Shown: positions 53,927 to 64,000 of the stretch, piece by piece | Position numbering within the stretch: the stretch's first letter is position 1 | Layout of the letters: each line of letters opens with the position of its first letter | From: Ginglymostoma cirratum | Taxonomy: Eukaryota | Direction: 5' to 3' | Assembly: GCA_024137785.1 (NCBI GenBank) | Contig: JAHRHZ010000031.1 | Span: forward strand, 7,512,535-7,576,534 | DNA: 64,000 nucleotides | The notes under the pieces: model-generated | What the model was told of the DNA's origin: nothing | What the model saw: only the letters and a program-made list of their open reading frames with translations | Database searches by the model: none | Program-made: the position numbers and the translations under genes

Positions 53927-55749
53927 CTGAAAAATAGGCAGATAGAATTACTTTGTTTAACTGCATGTAAACCTGCCTCTAAGTAGTCATGTTCACAGGC
54001 AATACACAGAACATTTAAACACTATATTTCGTCTTAAGTCAGGTTATTTGTGTCTGTTTACGAATCCTCACAAAACAAAACACAATGATTTCAGTTCAGA
54101 ATCTACAGCAGTTAGATTAAAATCCTTACTCAAGCTTAGTAACAGATCATTAACATTACAGGCTCTCCCACTCAGACTAGCAGTAATTGCTCATAACTTC
54201 CAAAAGAAACATGCCCTTTCTCCTCTTACACTGTGATTTTTCATGATGTGGAAGTGATTTGGTCAATCTTGCAACATACTAAAAATGTAACCAAAGTTAA
54301 GAAGAAGCCATTACTTATTTGAAAAGAAAACCTGCAATCATTTGGTACCATGACCAATCTTAAGCCTTGTTTGAATCTTCCAACGATAAGCATCAACACA
54401 AGCTCTAAGCATGTCCGCCAGTGGAACGTGTTCTAGGGAATTCACACGCCGAGTGCATATATGAAGATGTTATTATCAATTGATGGTGGTGCACTTGGGT
54501 GCAGATAATCATTCCTAACTGCAAAACTCACGCAACAACATATCAATAGGACTAATTGGATGAGATTTTTGCAGTGAATGGTAATTAATTGGCCTCAGTG
54601 GCACATCACCAATTTTTGAAAAAGAGGAAAGAACTTTGGATAATTGATGATGGGACACAGCAACTAAGCAGATGAAGATCAGTCAGCCCATCAAGCCTTC
54701 TTCACCATGCAATTAGATCATGGCTCAGCATCACTTTTGCTCATTATTCCCACTTTGCTTGAGGTTCTTGCTTTCTGGAAAGCAATCAATCCCTGTCTGG
54801 AACATCCAATGACTCAACATCCACAGCACTGTAGGACAGCAGATTGCTGACAATGATTCTATTGCTTAGGATTGCTTTGAATGAAGGGATTGTTCAACTC
54901 AGTTCTAAATGCCTAACTCTTCAGAAACTGTGACCCGTAGTTCTTGATTCCAGTTCAGGGAACCATTTTCTGTCAAGCAGCTGAAAAAAAAATTATGAGG
55001 AGCATTTGACATTGCCCCATTAGTGCATTCGCAGGCAGCAAAACCCATATAATTTCCTGGCTGATCACCCCAACATGCTCTCACCATCTTGACCTATCCA
55101 CAATTTTATGGGTGATTAGGCCTCGGGCAGCCCTCTGACCGCATCCAAATTAAGACCTTTAAACGGGCATATAAGGGTTGCTTTCCACGTAGCCTCAAAT
55201 TTAAAGCTGGCAGCTGAACTTCAGGAATGGGTTGACATCCAGCAGATCTCACCCTCAAGCCTTAGGTGGGAGGAAGAAACCTCCCTCAATGGTCTACTTT
55301 CCATAGTGGGCCCCAAGGTCTGCAACCCTTGGAGTTTCTATTCACTTTATATGATTGTTCTCAAAGAATCACCTAACAGGTTACTGTCTGGAGGTTTGCT
55401 GCCCAGTGACACAACTGTCAGCATCTCAGACTCCTCAGAAATCAAAAAAAGGGATGTGAAAGCTCAGAATAAACAAGAACTGTCTTGATACATTGTGTAA
55501 TATAACCAGTTTGATGGAAGGTATAAACCAAGTTACATTAATGGTGATAACGATCCCATACAAAATGGTTGGTACAATGACTCTGATTTGGGAGTTTTGC
55601 CACAAACAGTACAGCAGACTGTGCACAATGTCATTTACCACAAGGGGAACTGAATGCAAGAGTAGGAAAATTATGCTTCAACTATATAGGGCATATCTGG
55701 CATACCATGCACAGTAGTGCTCCTTGTATTTAATTAAGTGACATATAAG

Positions 55750-56972
55750 GTGTGTGGCATGAATATTTTAATATCATTTTTTTTGAGTTTGGATTTTTGA
55801 ATTTGAACTGTTGGCATAGGATTTTCTGCATCTGAAAGAATTTAATTATGAACTTATAAATATTACTGTCACCATGGTGTTTCTTTTAAAAGTGACACTG
55901 ATAGTTTCCAAGGACTTACGGGTTTTTGTTTTCTTTGGGAGAGTTTTTATGGTCAAACAAAATAGACAGGTGTTGGTTAGAGGTTCTAAAAATAAATTTT
56001 TTTTTAAGCAGAAGTGGAAGCATTCATATCTTTGGGAAAAACGTTTATAAGTTTTAGTTTGAGGAGTTCTATAGGATTCTTAGCTAAGCTGAATGTGCAA
56101 AACAGTCACCCCTGATAAACATGGAAGATTGCTTAGAATTGTTAAAAGTAGTTTACTTTATAGTGTTTTCTTTATATTCATTCATACTACTGTAGTCCAT
56201 TTGGTGTTGGTAGACCCATTATGCCATTAAGGAGTGAGTTCCAGAATTTTGACCCAGTGACACTCAAGACACATGGATATATTTCCAAGTGAGGATACTG
56301 AGTGACTTGGAGGGGAACTTGTAAGTGGTGGTGTTTCTATTTCACACTCTCAGTTTCCTGCGTCTGATGTTTCTTCAATAGTTCACTCCATTCTGCCACT
56401 CCTGCAGGGCCCTTTCAAATCGAGATTCTCATTGTTTGCTGTCCTACATCAGTCCATACACCCTATCCCAGAGTCAAGGAAGTGAGAGGCAGGATGATGT
56501 TTACATTCATCTGTAGATATGGAAGTCAAGAGTGGAACAACAGTAAGAGTTCCAGACCAGAACTGTTTGGTCAAAACCCCAAAGGAGTTATTTTAAGCAG
56601 AGGAAATAAGGTTGCTTCTAAGGAGGCTACAGGAAGAAGCTATCAGAATTCCAAGATGGGGAATTGAAGCACAGTTAGATTAAGACCTAGAGGAGTGATC
56701 GAGGAGAGCATTCTCTCTGGTGCAAATATTGTGAGGGGTGATTTTGGGACAACTGTGATTATCTTTAAATGTGTGTTATATGAAAACAATTTATGGTTTA
56801 TTTTGTTCTATCTTCATCTCTTTTGCTTCATAAACTTCTGTTTTATTTTTGGAACCAAATCTGCACCCATGGCATGTTTGTTTCAATGAAAAACCGTTTT
56901 GCTAAAACTGGAAAAAAAAAAAATCACTCATCAAGCCAGATTCAGTCTGGAATGTGACTTGACGAGTAACAG
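55750..56972. mobile_element. Probable solo LTR with an internal L2-type fragment (about 56170-56340)
   Basis: Block begins tgtg and ends gagtaaca. The inner segment matches the reverse LINE tail (gagttccagaattttgacccag). Confidence 0.35.
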
Positions 56973-57039
56973 CAACAGAAGGATGTAATTGTCGAAGAAG
57001 AAAATCAAAGATGGTTTATTCAATTGACACCTGGAATGG

Positions 57040-57460
57040 AGGCGTGTGTCTTATGAGCCAGGGCTGGACAGGCTAAGCTTGCAACTGTTGGAGCTTAGAA
57101 GAGTTCGGGGTGACTTGAATCAGACAAGATCCTGAGGGGTCTTGGCAGGGTAGATGTGGACAGGATGTATCCTCTCATGGGAGCATCTAAAATAACGACT
57201 GTCCATTTATAGCAAAGATGGGCATTTCTTTTTCTCTCAGAGTGTCATGAGTCTTTGAAATTCTCTTCCTGGATAAGGAGGAGGAAGCAGAGTCCTTGGA
57301 TATTTTTAAAGAAGTAGGTAGATTCTTGTTAACTAAACTGGTGAAAGTGTACCAAAAGTAGATAGGAATGCAGATTTGAGGTAACAATCAGATCAGCCAT
57401 TGTCTTGTTGAATGGCAAAGCAGGCCCAGGCTAAATGGCCATTCTTGCTCCTTGTTCATG
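57040..57460 (+). mobile_element. CR1 LINE 3' end
   Basis: ttggagcttagaagagttcggggtgacttga...atcctgaggggtcttggcagggtagatgtg...cagatcagccat. Confidence 0.75.
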
Positions 57461-58159
57461 CTCATTGTGCTCACTATCTACAACATCATGATAATAGCTT
57501 CACAAGTGCACTTAGTGTGTGATATTTCCAGAACCCTACAGAAATATTGTATGTTTAAAAAATTGTTTGGACATTGTACCTGTGTAATCAGCAACAATAA
57601 ACTAAAAGTGTGAGCTAAAACCCATCTTGATCTCTGTTGAGAGCATCATTACACATATTAGTAGAGTTTGAAAGGAATTTAACTTCAACCAGCCAAGCAT
57701 GAAGTTAACAATGTGCTACTTGAATGCAAAGAGGGAGGGAGAACATGTGAGAATGGAAGACACAAACACACAAAAGTTGAGACTGAGGTTAGATTCTGTG
57801 CACACAGCAACTCATCAGGGATAGCACTAAGTGAATGAATCAGAACTGCAGATCAACTTTGAGACTGAATTTGCATCTGTACTTTCTGGCAGAATTTGCC
57901 TTGCCATAAAAATTAAGAAGAAGCTTGAATTAGTGACTTTTCTTTCAGTATTTTAGGCTGTCATTCTAAACACAGCAAATTCCACTTTCTTAATATCAGC
58001 ACACATAGAAACAATATCATCATCCACAAGGACAAAAAAAGAATAATTTTGGGAATTAAAATTTTAACAATGACATCATCCAAATTTCTTATGTAAGATG
58101 ATGAAGTTGGTGTACAATGGGAACCCAACTGAATTCTAGCTTTTAAAATATTTTTTTAT

Positions 58160-58229
58160 ATAGAATCCCCGTAGTGTGGAAACAGGCCATTCAGCCCAAC
58201 AAATCCACACCAACCCTCCGAAGAGCATC
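58160..58229 (-). mobile_element. HE1 SINE short 3' fragment
   Basis: Reverse complement of 33705-33770. Confidence 0.75.
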
Positions 58230-59799
58230 AGACTGTGGATACATTTGGAAAACATAAGAGCTGATGTCTGAAACACTGATTTTTAATCAAGCCACAAATT
58301 TATTAAGTAACAAATTAACATTTTGGCAACTCTGCACATCTTTTAAGTTGCATTTCCTTCCAAATTTGTGAACACATCTGCTGGGAAGCTTCAATCCTGG
58401 ATGAATCATAAAAAGAAAGATTTTGGCATTGTGATCGAAGATTCCAATAATCACAAAGCAATGAACTTGTTACATTTTGTTACTGAGTGCAGAAATGCAT
58501 TACCATGATTTAGATGTCAAACTTTTAGTCCGGTTTGACCACATTTCCTATAATAATCGACCAGCTGCAAAGGGATGATATTTCTCTTCTGTGCCAAACA
58601 CAAGCTGCATTCCAAAGATTTACAAAAAATACATATATCTCATATCTATTACACACTACAATTCTCTTTACAAAGTACCACATCATTCCCTAATGGATCA
58701 CTGTAGTGTGAACCCTGTAACAGGAAGGTGATATTCTACCCAGTGGAATGATTACTGTTACTGGTAGTAACGGGGTTAATGGTGGAGGTAGTGTAGGGGA
58801 AACCTTGGGTGACTTTCAACAATTTTACAGGGTCACGATGAATCTTTCAAGAATAACTTCAGAGAATTTAAAGTCAAAGAAAACTAGGTGGGATGGCTGT
58901 CTCTCACTGATAGATGACATCTTCAGCAGTGGAATTTTGAAAACTGATTTGAATGGTTTTCAGAATGACAGAATTATTTCTCCAAACAGTCGGCCGGAAA
59001 ATTAGTTGACTGAATAGTGCAGAATGGTAGCCAAATGAAGAGTTGTCTTTATCATTTACCGCACAAAGTATTTTCAAAACCTTAGGTCTATCCCTGTGAA
59101 AGAACACATCAAATTTGTAACCTGGTGACTTCCTGCCGGAGATGGGCCAGGAAAAAGAGAGGGATGCAGACAGGAACCAGAGGTTGAAGATGAACGAATA
59201 GTTGATAAACTAGTCAGTCGGTAGGTTTCCTTCAGTCCCTCAGTTGATTTTTGATGACTTTCTAGAAGCTTAAGCTTCACCAAAAGAAGATAGTGAGGAG
59301 CATGAGATGGAAGTATAGTTTTTTGATACAGCATGTACAATCTATGAAGCATGAGACACAAAAGTACAGACCTCTAAAAGAAACAGTAAATACTGTTTAT
59401 AAAATGGAATTAAATCTGTTTTTAAGATCTTTGTATTGAAATAAAGTGAAAAATATCAGATTGTGATTCAAGATCAAATTTGCAACAAAACCAAGCCCTT
59501 AGAAAGTCCTTCAATGGGACACATGCATTCAGAGAATGAAATACTCTATTGTGGGATTCTTAAGGGAAGATTTGGTCCGTTGCTCTCGAATGAGCACATA
59601 CTATATGTCAATAAGTACGCTTAAAAAAAAAAATCACAATTTTCCGTGTTGTAAATTGGAAAAATATTCTTGCTGTTAACGTAATGCTGCTAGACTGTGA
59701 CACCCTATTTTATTTGCAATACGTATGTTTTTCTTTTGAAATGTATCAACATTATGATTGAACTGGATGAAAATATTATCAGCATTTACAACACTGAAA

Positions 59800-60780
59800 T
59801 AAACCATTTAATTCCATAGATTCACATCAGTTTTTATGCTCCATTTGAGAATCTTCCCACCCTTTTTCAATTAACCTTCTTCACCATAATCCTCCCATTC
59901 CTTTCTCTCTGTTTTTATTGAGTTTTGCCTGAAATGTATCTATTCCATTCACAGCAACTCATCCTAGGAGTTCCACTTTCTGACCATCTGTTGGGAAGGA
60001 GGAATTTTTTCCTGAATTCCTGATTGGATTTATTAGCAACTATTACGAGACCCCTAGATCCAATCTCCACTGCAAATGTAAATTTCCATACTAAATCCCT
60101 TCATAATTTTAAAGACCTCTTTCAGGTACCCCTCAGTCATCTCTTCTCTGGACCAAAAAACACCTAACTTGTTTAATTATTTCACACTTAATATAATGCT
60201 AGAAAAGGTGCAGAAACTATTTACCAGTGATTCTATATCTTTTTTACAACATCTAAACCAAAACATAACTCCAAGAGCGTGATTTAACCAAGTGTGAAAA
60301 CTTCTCTGCTTTTCAGTTCTATTCATCTAAAAAGCTTTGTTTGCTATCTGTACAACCTACCTGACTCTCTTTTTGTTTATTGATCTGTATATCCTTCACT
60401 CCAGATTCCTCTGCTCCTATACCCATTTAGACATTAATTTTCAAGTAAATGTATGGCCTGTTTGTTCTTACTTCTAGAAATCCATCACGTCATACTTGGT
60501 TTTTGCAAAGACAATTTTCCAATTACACATTCCTTCGAGTTTATTCAGAGATTTCAATACTTTCATAAATTACTCACACATTTACTACACAGTTCAATCT
60601 GGTGTTGGCCACAAATTTTAAAATTATACTTCATATTCCAGTGTCCAAGTGGTTATATAAACAATGAACAATGATGATCCTTATGGAACACTTCTACCCA
60701 ACTTTTGCCAGTCTGAACTACCCAGAAATCCTACACTTTGATTCCTGTTTCACAACTACCTTGTGATTCATATGTCCATT
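59800..60780 (-). mobile_element. Old CR1 LINE remnant
   Basis: tttcctgaattcc, cccttcataattttaaagacctct.tcaggt and ccagattcctctgctcct resemble the reverse CR1 copies. Confidence 0.55.
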
Positions 60781-61459
60781 TTTGTCATGTTGTTTTGTTA
60801 GTGTATTAAATACAATATAGTTTCTATCGCTGCAATCTGATGATGCCATGTATATCAGATGAGTCACAGAACGTCTCTGTTCAGTCTAAATTAAATCATG
60901 GCATACGATCAATGAGGAGGCAACCAGACACGAATTTCAGTTAAGCAAGGAATGTGGATTTCTGTTCCAAAAATATTGGACTAGAGTAGATTTCAAATAA
61001 ATCTGAGAATAGGTCTCACCATCAGGTTTGTCTTACTATATGATGGTTTAAAAAAAAATGGAAACCACTTTGAAGTCTCTAAGCTGCTAATTCAAGAATA
61101 AATATCTTATAATTGCCTAACTTCAAAACTGGAGTCTTTGAGGGCAAGTAATCACCATCACAGATATATTTTTGTTTATCAAATCAAGATCACAGCATTT
61201 ATTTAGATAACTGTGATCAGAATGTTAAGCCATTACGTCAGAAAACACTGCAGAGTTCACACCTGCCCAACAAAACAACAGATGTTCTTCGAAGTTTCGT
61301 ACTTAATTACTCCTGACATCCATCAACCCAAAGCTTGTTGCTTTTTAGATCTGGTGAGCAACACTGTGGTGTCATGGGACCAGCCTATCATTCCTTCCAT
61401 TCAGCAGATGTTCTACTTTGCTTTAACCAACCGCTGTATCAGCTGCTAAGCCATCATAC

Positions 61460-61570
61460 CTGCTGCTGTACTTTTTGCTGCACAGCAAGAAAACTCTTCT
61501 GGTTTCTCAGTTCATCAGGATCCATCAGGAATGTATACGGGGAAACAGATACATACTCTAGCACTGGTTG
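61460..61570 (-). CDS. Candidate additional in-frame dystrophin exon (111 nt, 37 aa) between exons 37 and 38
   Basis: Strong acceptor cttccttttcctcacatgcttgcttttcag| and strong donor CAG|gtatga. Only the phase-0 frame is open: QPVLEYVSVSPYTFLMDPDELRNQKSFLAVQQKVQQQ. Confidence 0.6.
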
Positions 61571-62465
61571 CTGAAAAGCAAGCATGTGAGGAAAAGGAAG
61601 TACAACTAAGAATTGTTGTAAGAAAAGTCAGGGATGTACATGTAGAGGGTATGATTAATTAAATGTTTCTACACATCTTTAAAAAAATATTCAGCACACA
61701 CCAAATCTTTTAACAAAACACAATTCTTTGTTGGATTCCTATAATTACACATCAGCAAATTAAAAAAAAACTTCCACAAATTCGATTAAAAAAACCTTGG
61801 AATTTAGAGGAAAATACATGTTGGCGTTTGTGGTATGAACATAATGTACTGCAAATGTTGAAGAACTGAAATAATCAGCAATTTTATCTGCATGCGTGGC
61901 GAAAGAAAGACAGCAAACACTTGACGTTGATGACATACTCATGAAACATTAAAAGCATGCCTCCCTCCATCGATGTTACCAAACCTGGATATTTCTGACA
62001 TTTTCTATTTTTATAGATAACTGTGATATTGAATCTTGTTTTCAAATACAAACAACCATGACTTAAAAACTACCTTGTATTTTATTTAAAATGAGTATTT
62101 ACCTGCTTATAACACATCTTAAACCTCTTTACAACTGGACCACAAAGATGACTGTCTTCAGAATAACTTCCATTGGCTTACAAATAACCTTCATAGTTTC
62201 TTTTTAAATGTTATTCTCAGGTCATTCACAAGGTAATGTCTGGGGGAAATCTGGTACAGCCTTTGGGTGTTAAATTGGATTGCTCATGACAACATATGAG
62301 GTTCACAACACATGACTTGCTTGTTGATTGTAATGCAGTGGCACACCATTTGTTGCAACCTGCTGCCTATTATACACTTTCAATTCAAACTACTACAGTG
62401 TCTTAGATAACAAGCATGGGGCTGGATGAACACAGCAGGTCAAGCAGCATCACAGGAGCAGGAAA

Positions 62466-62501
62466 ACTTGACGTTTCGGGCCTAGACCCTTCATCAGAAA
62501 T
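62466..62501 (-). ncRNA. Minimal type-I hammerhead ribozyme motif (sense to DMD pre-mRNA)
   Basis: ATTT-CTGATGA-A-GGG-TCTAGG-CCC-GAAACGTC-AAGT: catalytic boxes, a short stem II, a palindromic ACGT stem III, and a GUC site. Confidence 0.65.
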
Positions 62502-62735
62502 GGGGGTAGGGAGGAGATAGGTCAGTCCAGGGAGGACGGACAGGTCAAGGGGGCGGGATGATGTTAGTAGATAGGAGATGGGGGTGTGGCTTGAGGTGAG
62601 AGGAAAAACAGGTTAGGGAGGTGGAGATGCCTCTTAGACTTGTCTGCCTCCTCTCCACCTATCCTCTCCTCTATCCATCCTATATCCGCCTCCCCCTCTC
62701 TCCCTATTTATTTCAGAACCCTCTTCCCCTCCCCC

Positions 62736-62771
62736 ATTTCTGATGAAGGGTTTAGGCCCGAAACGTCAAGT
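62736..62771 (+). ncRNA. Minimal type-I hammerhead ribozyme motif (antisense to DMD)
   Basis: ATTT-CTGATGA-A-GGG-TTTAGG-CCC-GAAACGTC-AAGT. Confidence 0.65.
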
Positions 62772-62897
62772 TTTCCTGCTCCTATGATGCTGCTTGACCT
62801 GCTGTGTTCATCCAGCCCCACGCCTTGTTATCTCAGATTCTCCAGCATCTGCAGTACCTTTTATCTCTACTACAGTGTCTTGTTCGCTTGCCCACTT

Positions 62898-63366
62898 GTC
62901 CTTAATGTGCTGCAATGCTCCAGCAAATCACAGTGAAAACTGGAGGAGCAACATCTCATTATCAAACTAGGCACTTTATAACCTTATCGGCTCAATATTG
63001 AATTCAACACCTTCAAATTGTGAACCCATTGCTTTCCTCGTTACATTCTCTGTTACCATGTCCTCTCTCCCTTTCCCCACCACAGTGGGACTGTCTGTTC
63101 TTTCCAGTCTGGAAATCAGACACACCATTGTTCTGCCATTCTGTCATTCCAATCACTTAATCTGAACTATCAACATCCTTTCTGCCCCGGTACTCCAAAA
63201 CCACCCCCCAGCCCCGACTATTGCATAAATGCTGCCCTGTCCACGTTTCATTTTAGCTCTGATGAAGAGTCATCTAGACTCTCTCTTCATGGATGCTGCC
63301 TGACCCACTGTGATCTCCAGTAATTTGTTTTCAGTACAGATTCCAGCATCCACAGTACTTTGCTCC
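62898..63366 (+). mobile_element. Penelope-like element 3' end (GIY-YIG endonuclease C-terminus remnant and 3' region)
   Basis: Encodes VLNVLQCSSKSQ*KLEEQHLIIKLGTL*PYRLNIEFNTFK, matching the E..LI..LGTL.P.GLN motif. Downstream CTGATGAAGAGTCATCTAGACTC. Confidence 0.8.
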
Positions 63367-64000
63367 GAAACTGTTCATCAGTTGCACAAATCAATAGAAG
63401 ACCTAAAATTATAATTTTTCAGCAGATCTGAAAGCTCTTAAAAGGGGTGGAGCATTGGGATTGAAACAATCTTGCAGAAAGGAAATGTGAAGTGAGAAAT
63501 CAGGAAGAACGGTATAACACTGATAAGAACGAGTCTAAATTTGTCAGACACTGCACAGGATGTGTTGATGGAGGAAATCGAAGGATGGACAGCAGTTAAC
63601 TATTGGAGCCCAGTAGACCTTTCAGATATACACTCTAAAGATATTGACAACAATGAGCCAAAGAAGTCAATGCCAGAAATCAAGCCTCTAATGACCTGGA
63701 TATAGTGTCACAACAAATTCAATTACCTCACACAATGATCAATGAATACATCTTCAAATGCTAGCTACCACCAACTAACCACAACAACACTATTCACCTG
63801 GCAATGACCTTTACTCTGTCAGGAACAAGACTGAACATTCATGGCTTTGCCTCCTCTTCACACACTCAGCACTGCTGTAAGCCTCACATCACATCACCTG
63901 ACAGTCAGCTTGTGCACATCAACTGTTCAACATGACCGCGAGATCACTCAAATAGATTGTGAAGCACTCAATGACATACTCCTGTCTGTCTTGAAGGACA

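Larger units (their letters stand above)
62403..62867. mobile_element. Penelope-like element with inverted termini, each carrying a hammerhead motif
   Basis: About 100-nt near-perfect inverted arms (62405-62506 / 62731-62833). A purine-rich half and a pyrimidine-rich half lie between them. Confidence 0.88.
1..64000 (-). other. DMD: Internal part of the dystrophin gene (intron 37 to intron 43 equivalent)
   Basis: Six colinear minus-strand exons translate to dystrophin rod-domain sequence in the human exon 38-43 order with compatible phases. Exons 37 and 44 were not found in the window. Confidence 0.93.

Noticed and set aside
59122-59261. Possible extra exon inside ORF 59074..59361
   Set aside because: 140 nt, starts in phase 1 and has a weak donor (gttaca). 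Incompatible with the phase-0 exon 37/38 junction.

Overview
Eukaryotic, repeat-rich genomic DNA, most likely from a shark or other cartilaginous fish (inferred from HE1-type V-SINEs, HER1/CR1 LINEs and DeuSINE-like repeats). The whole window lies inside the dystrophin (DMD) gene, which runs on the minus strand. Six coding exons with canonical GT-AG boundaries correspond to human exons 38-43 (117, 138, 153, 183, 198 and 173 nt). The introns hold CR1 and L2/Crack LINE fragments, tRNA-derived SINEs, probable solo LTRs, a fossil Harbinger transposon (transposase plus a spliced Myb/SANT gene), and Penelope-like elements carrying minimal hammerhead-ribozyme motifs, two of them arranged as fold-back inverted repeats. 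The most notable observation is a clean, frame-preserving 111-nt candidate extra exon (61460-61570) between the exon 37 and exon 38 positions, which canonical human dystrophin lacks. Most ORFs in the supplied track are spurious or derived from repeats. Repeat family names come from recalled motifs, not database searches, and repeat boundaries are approximate.
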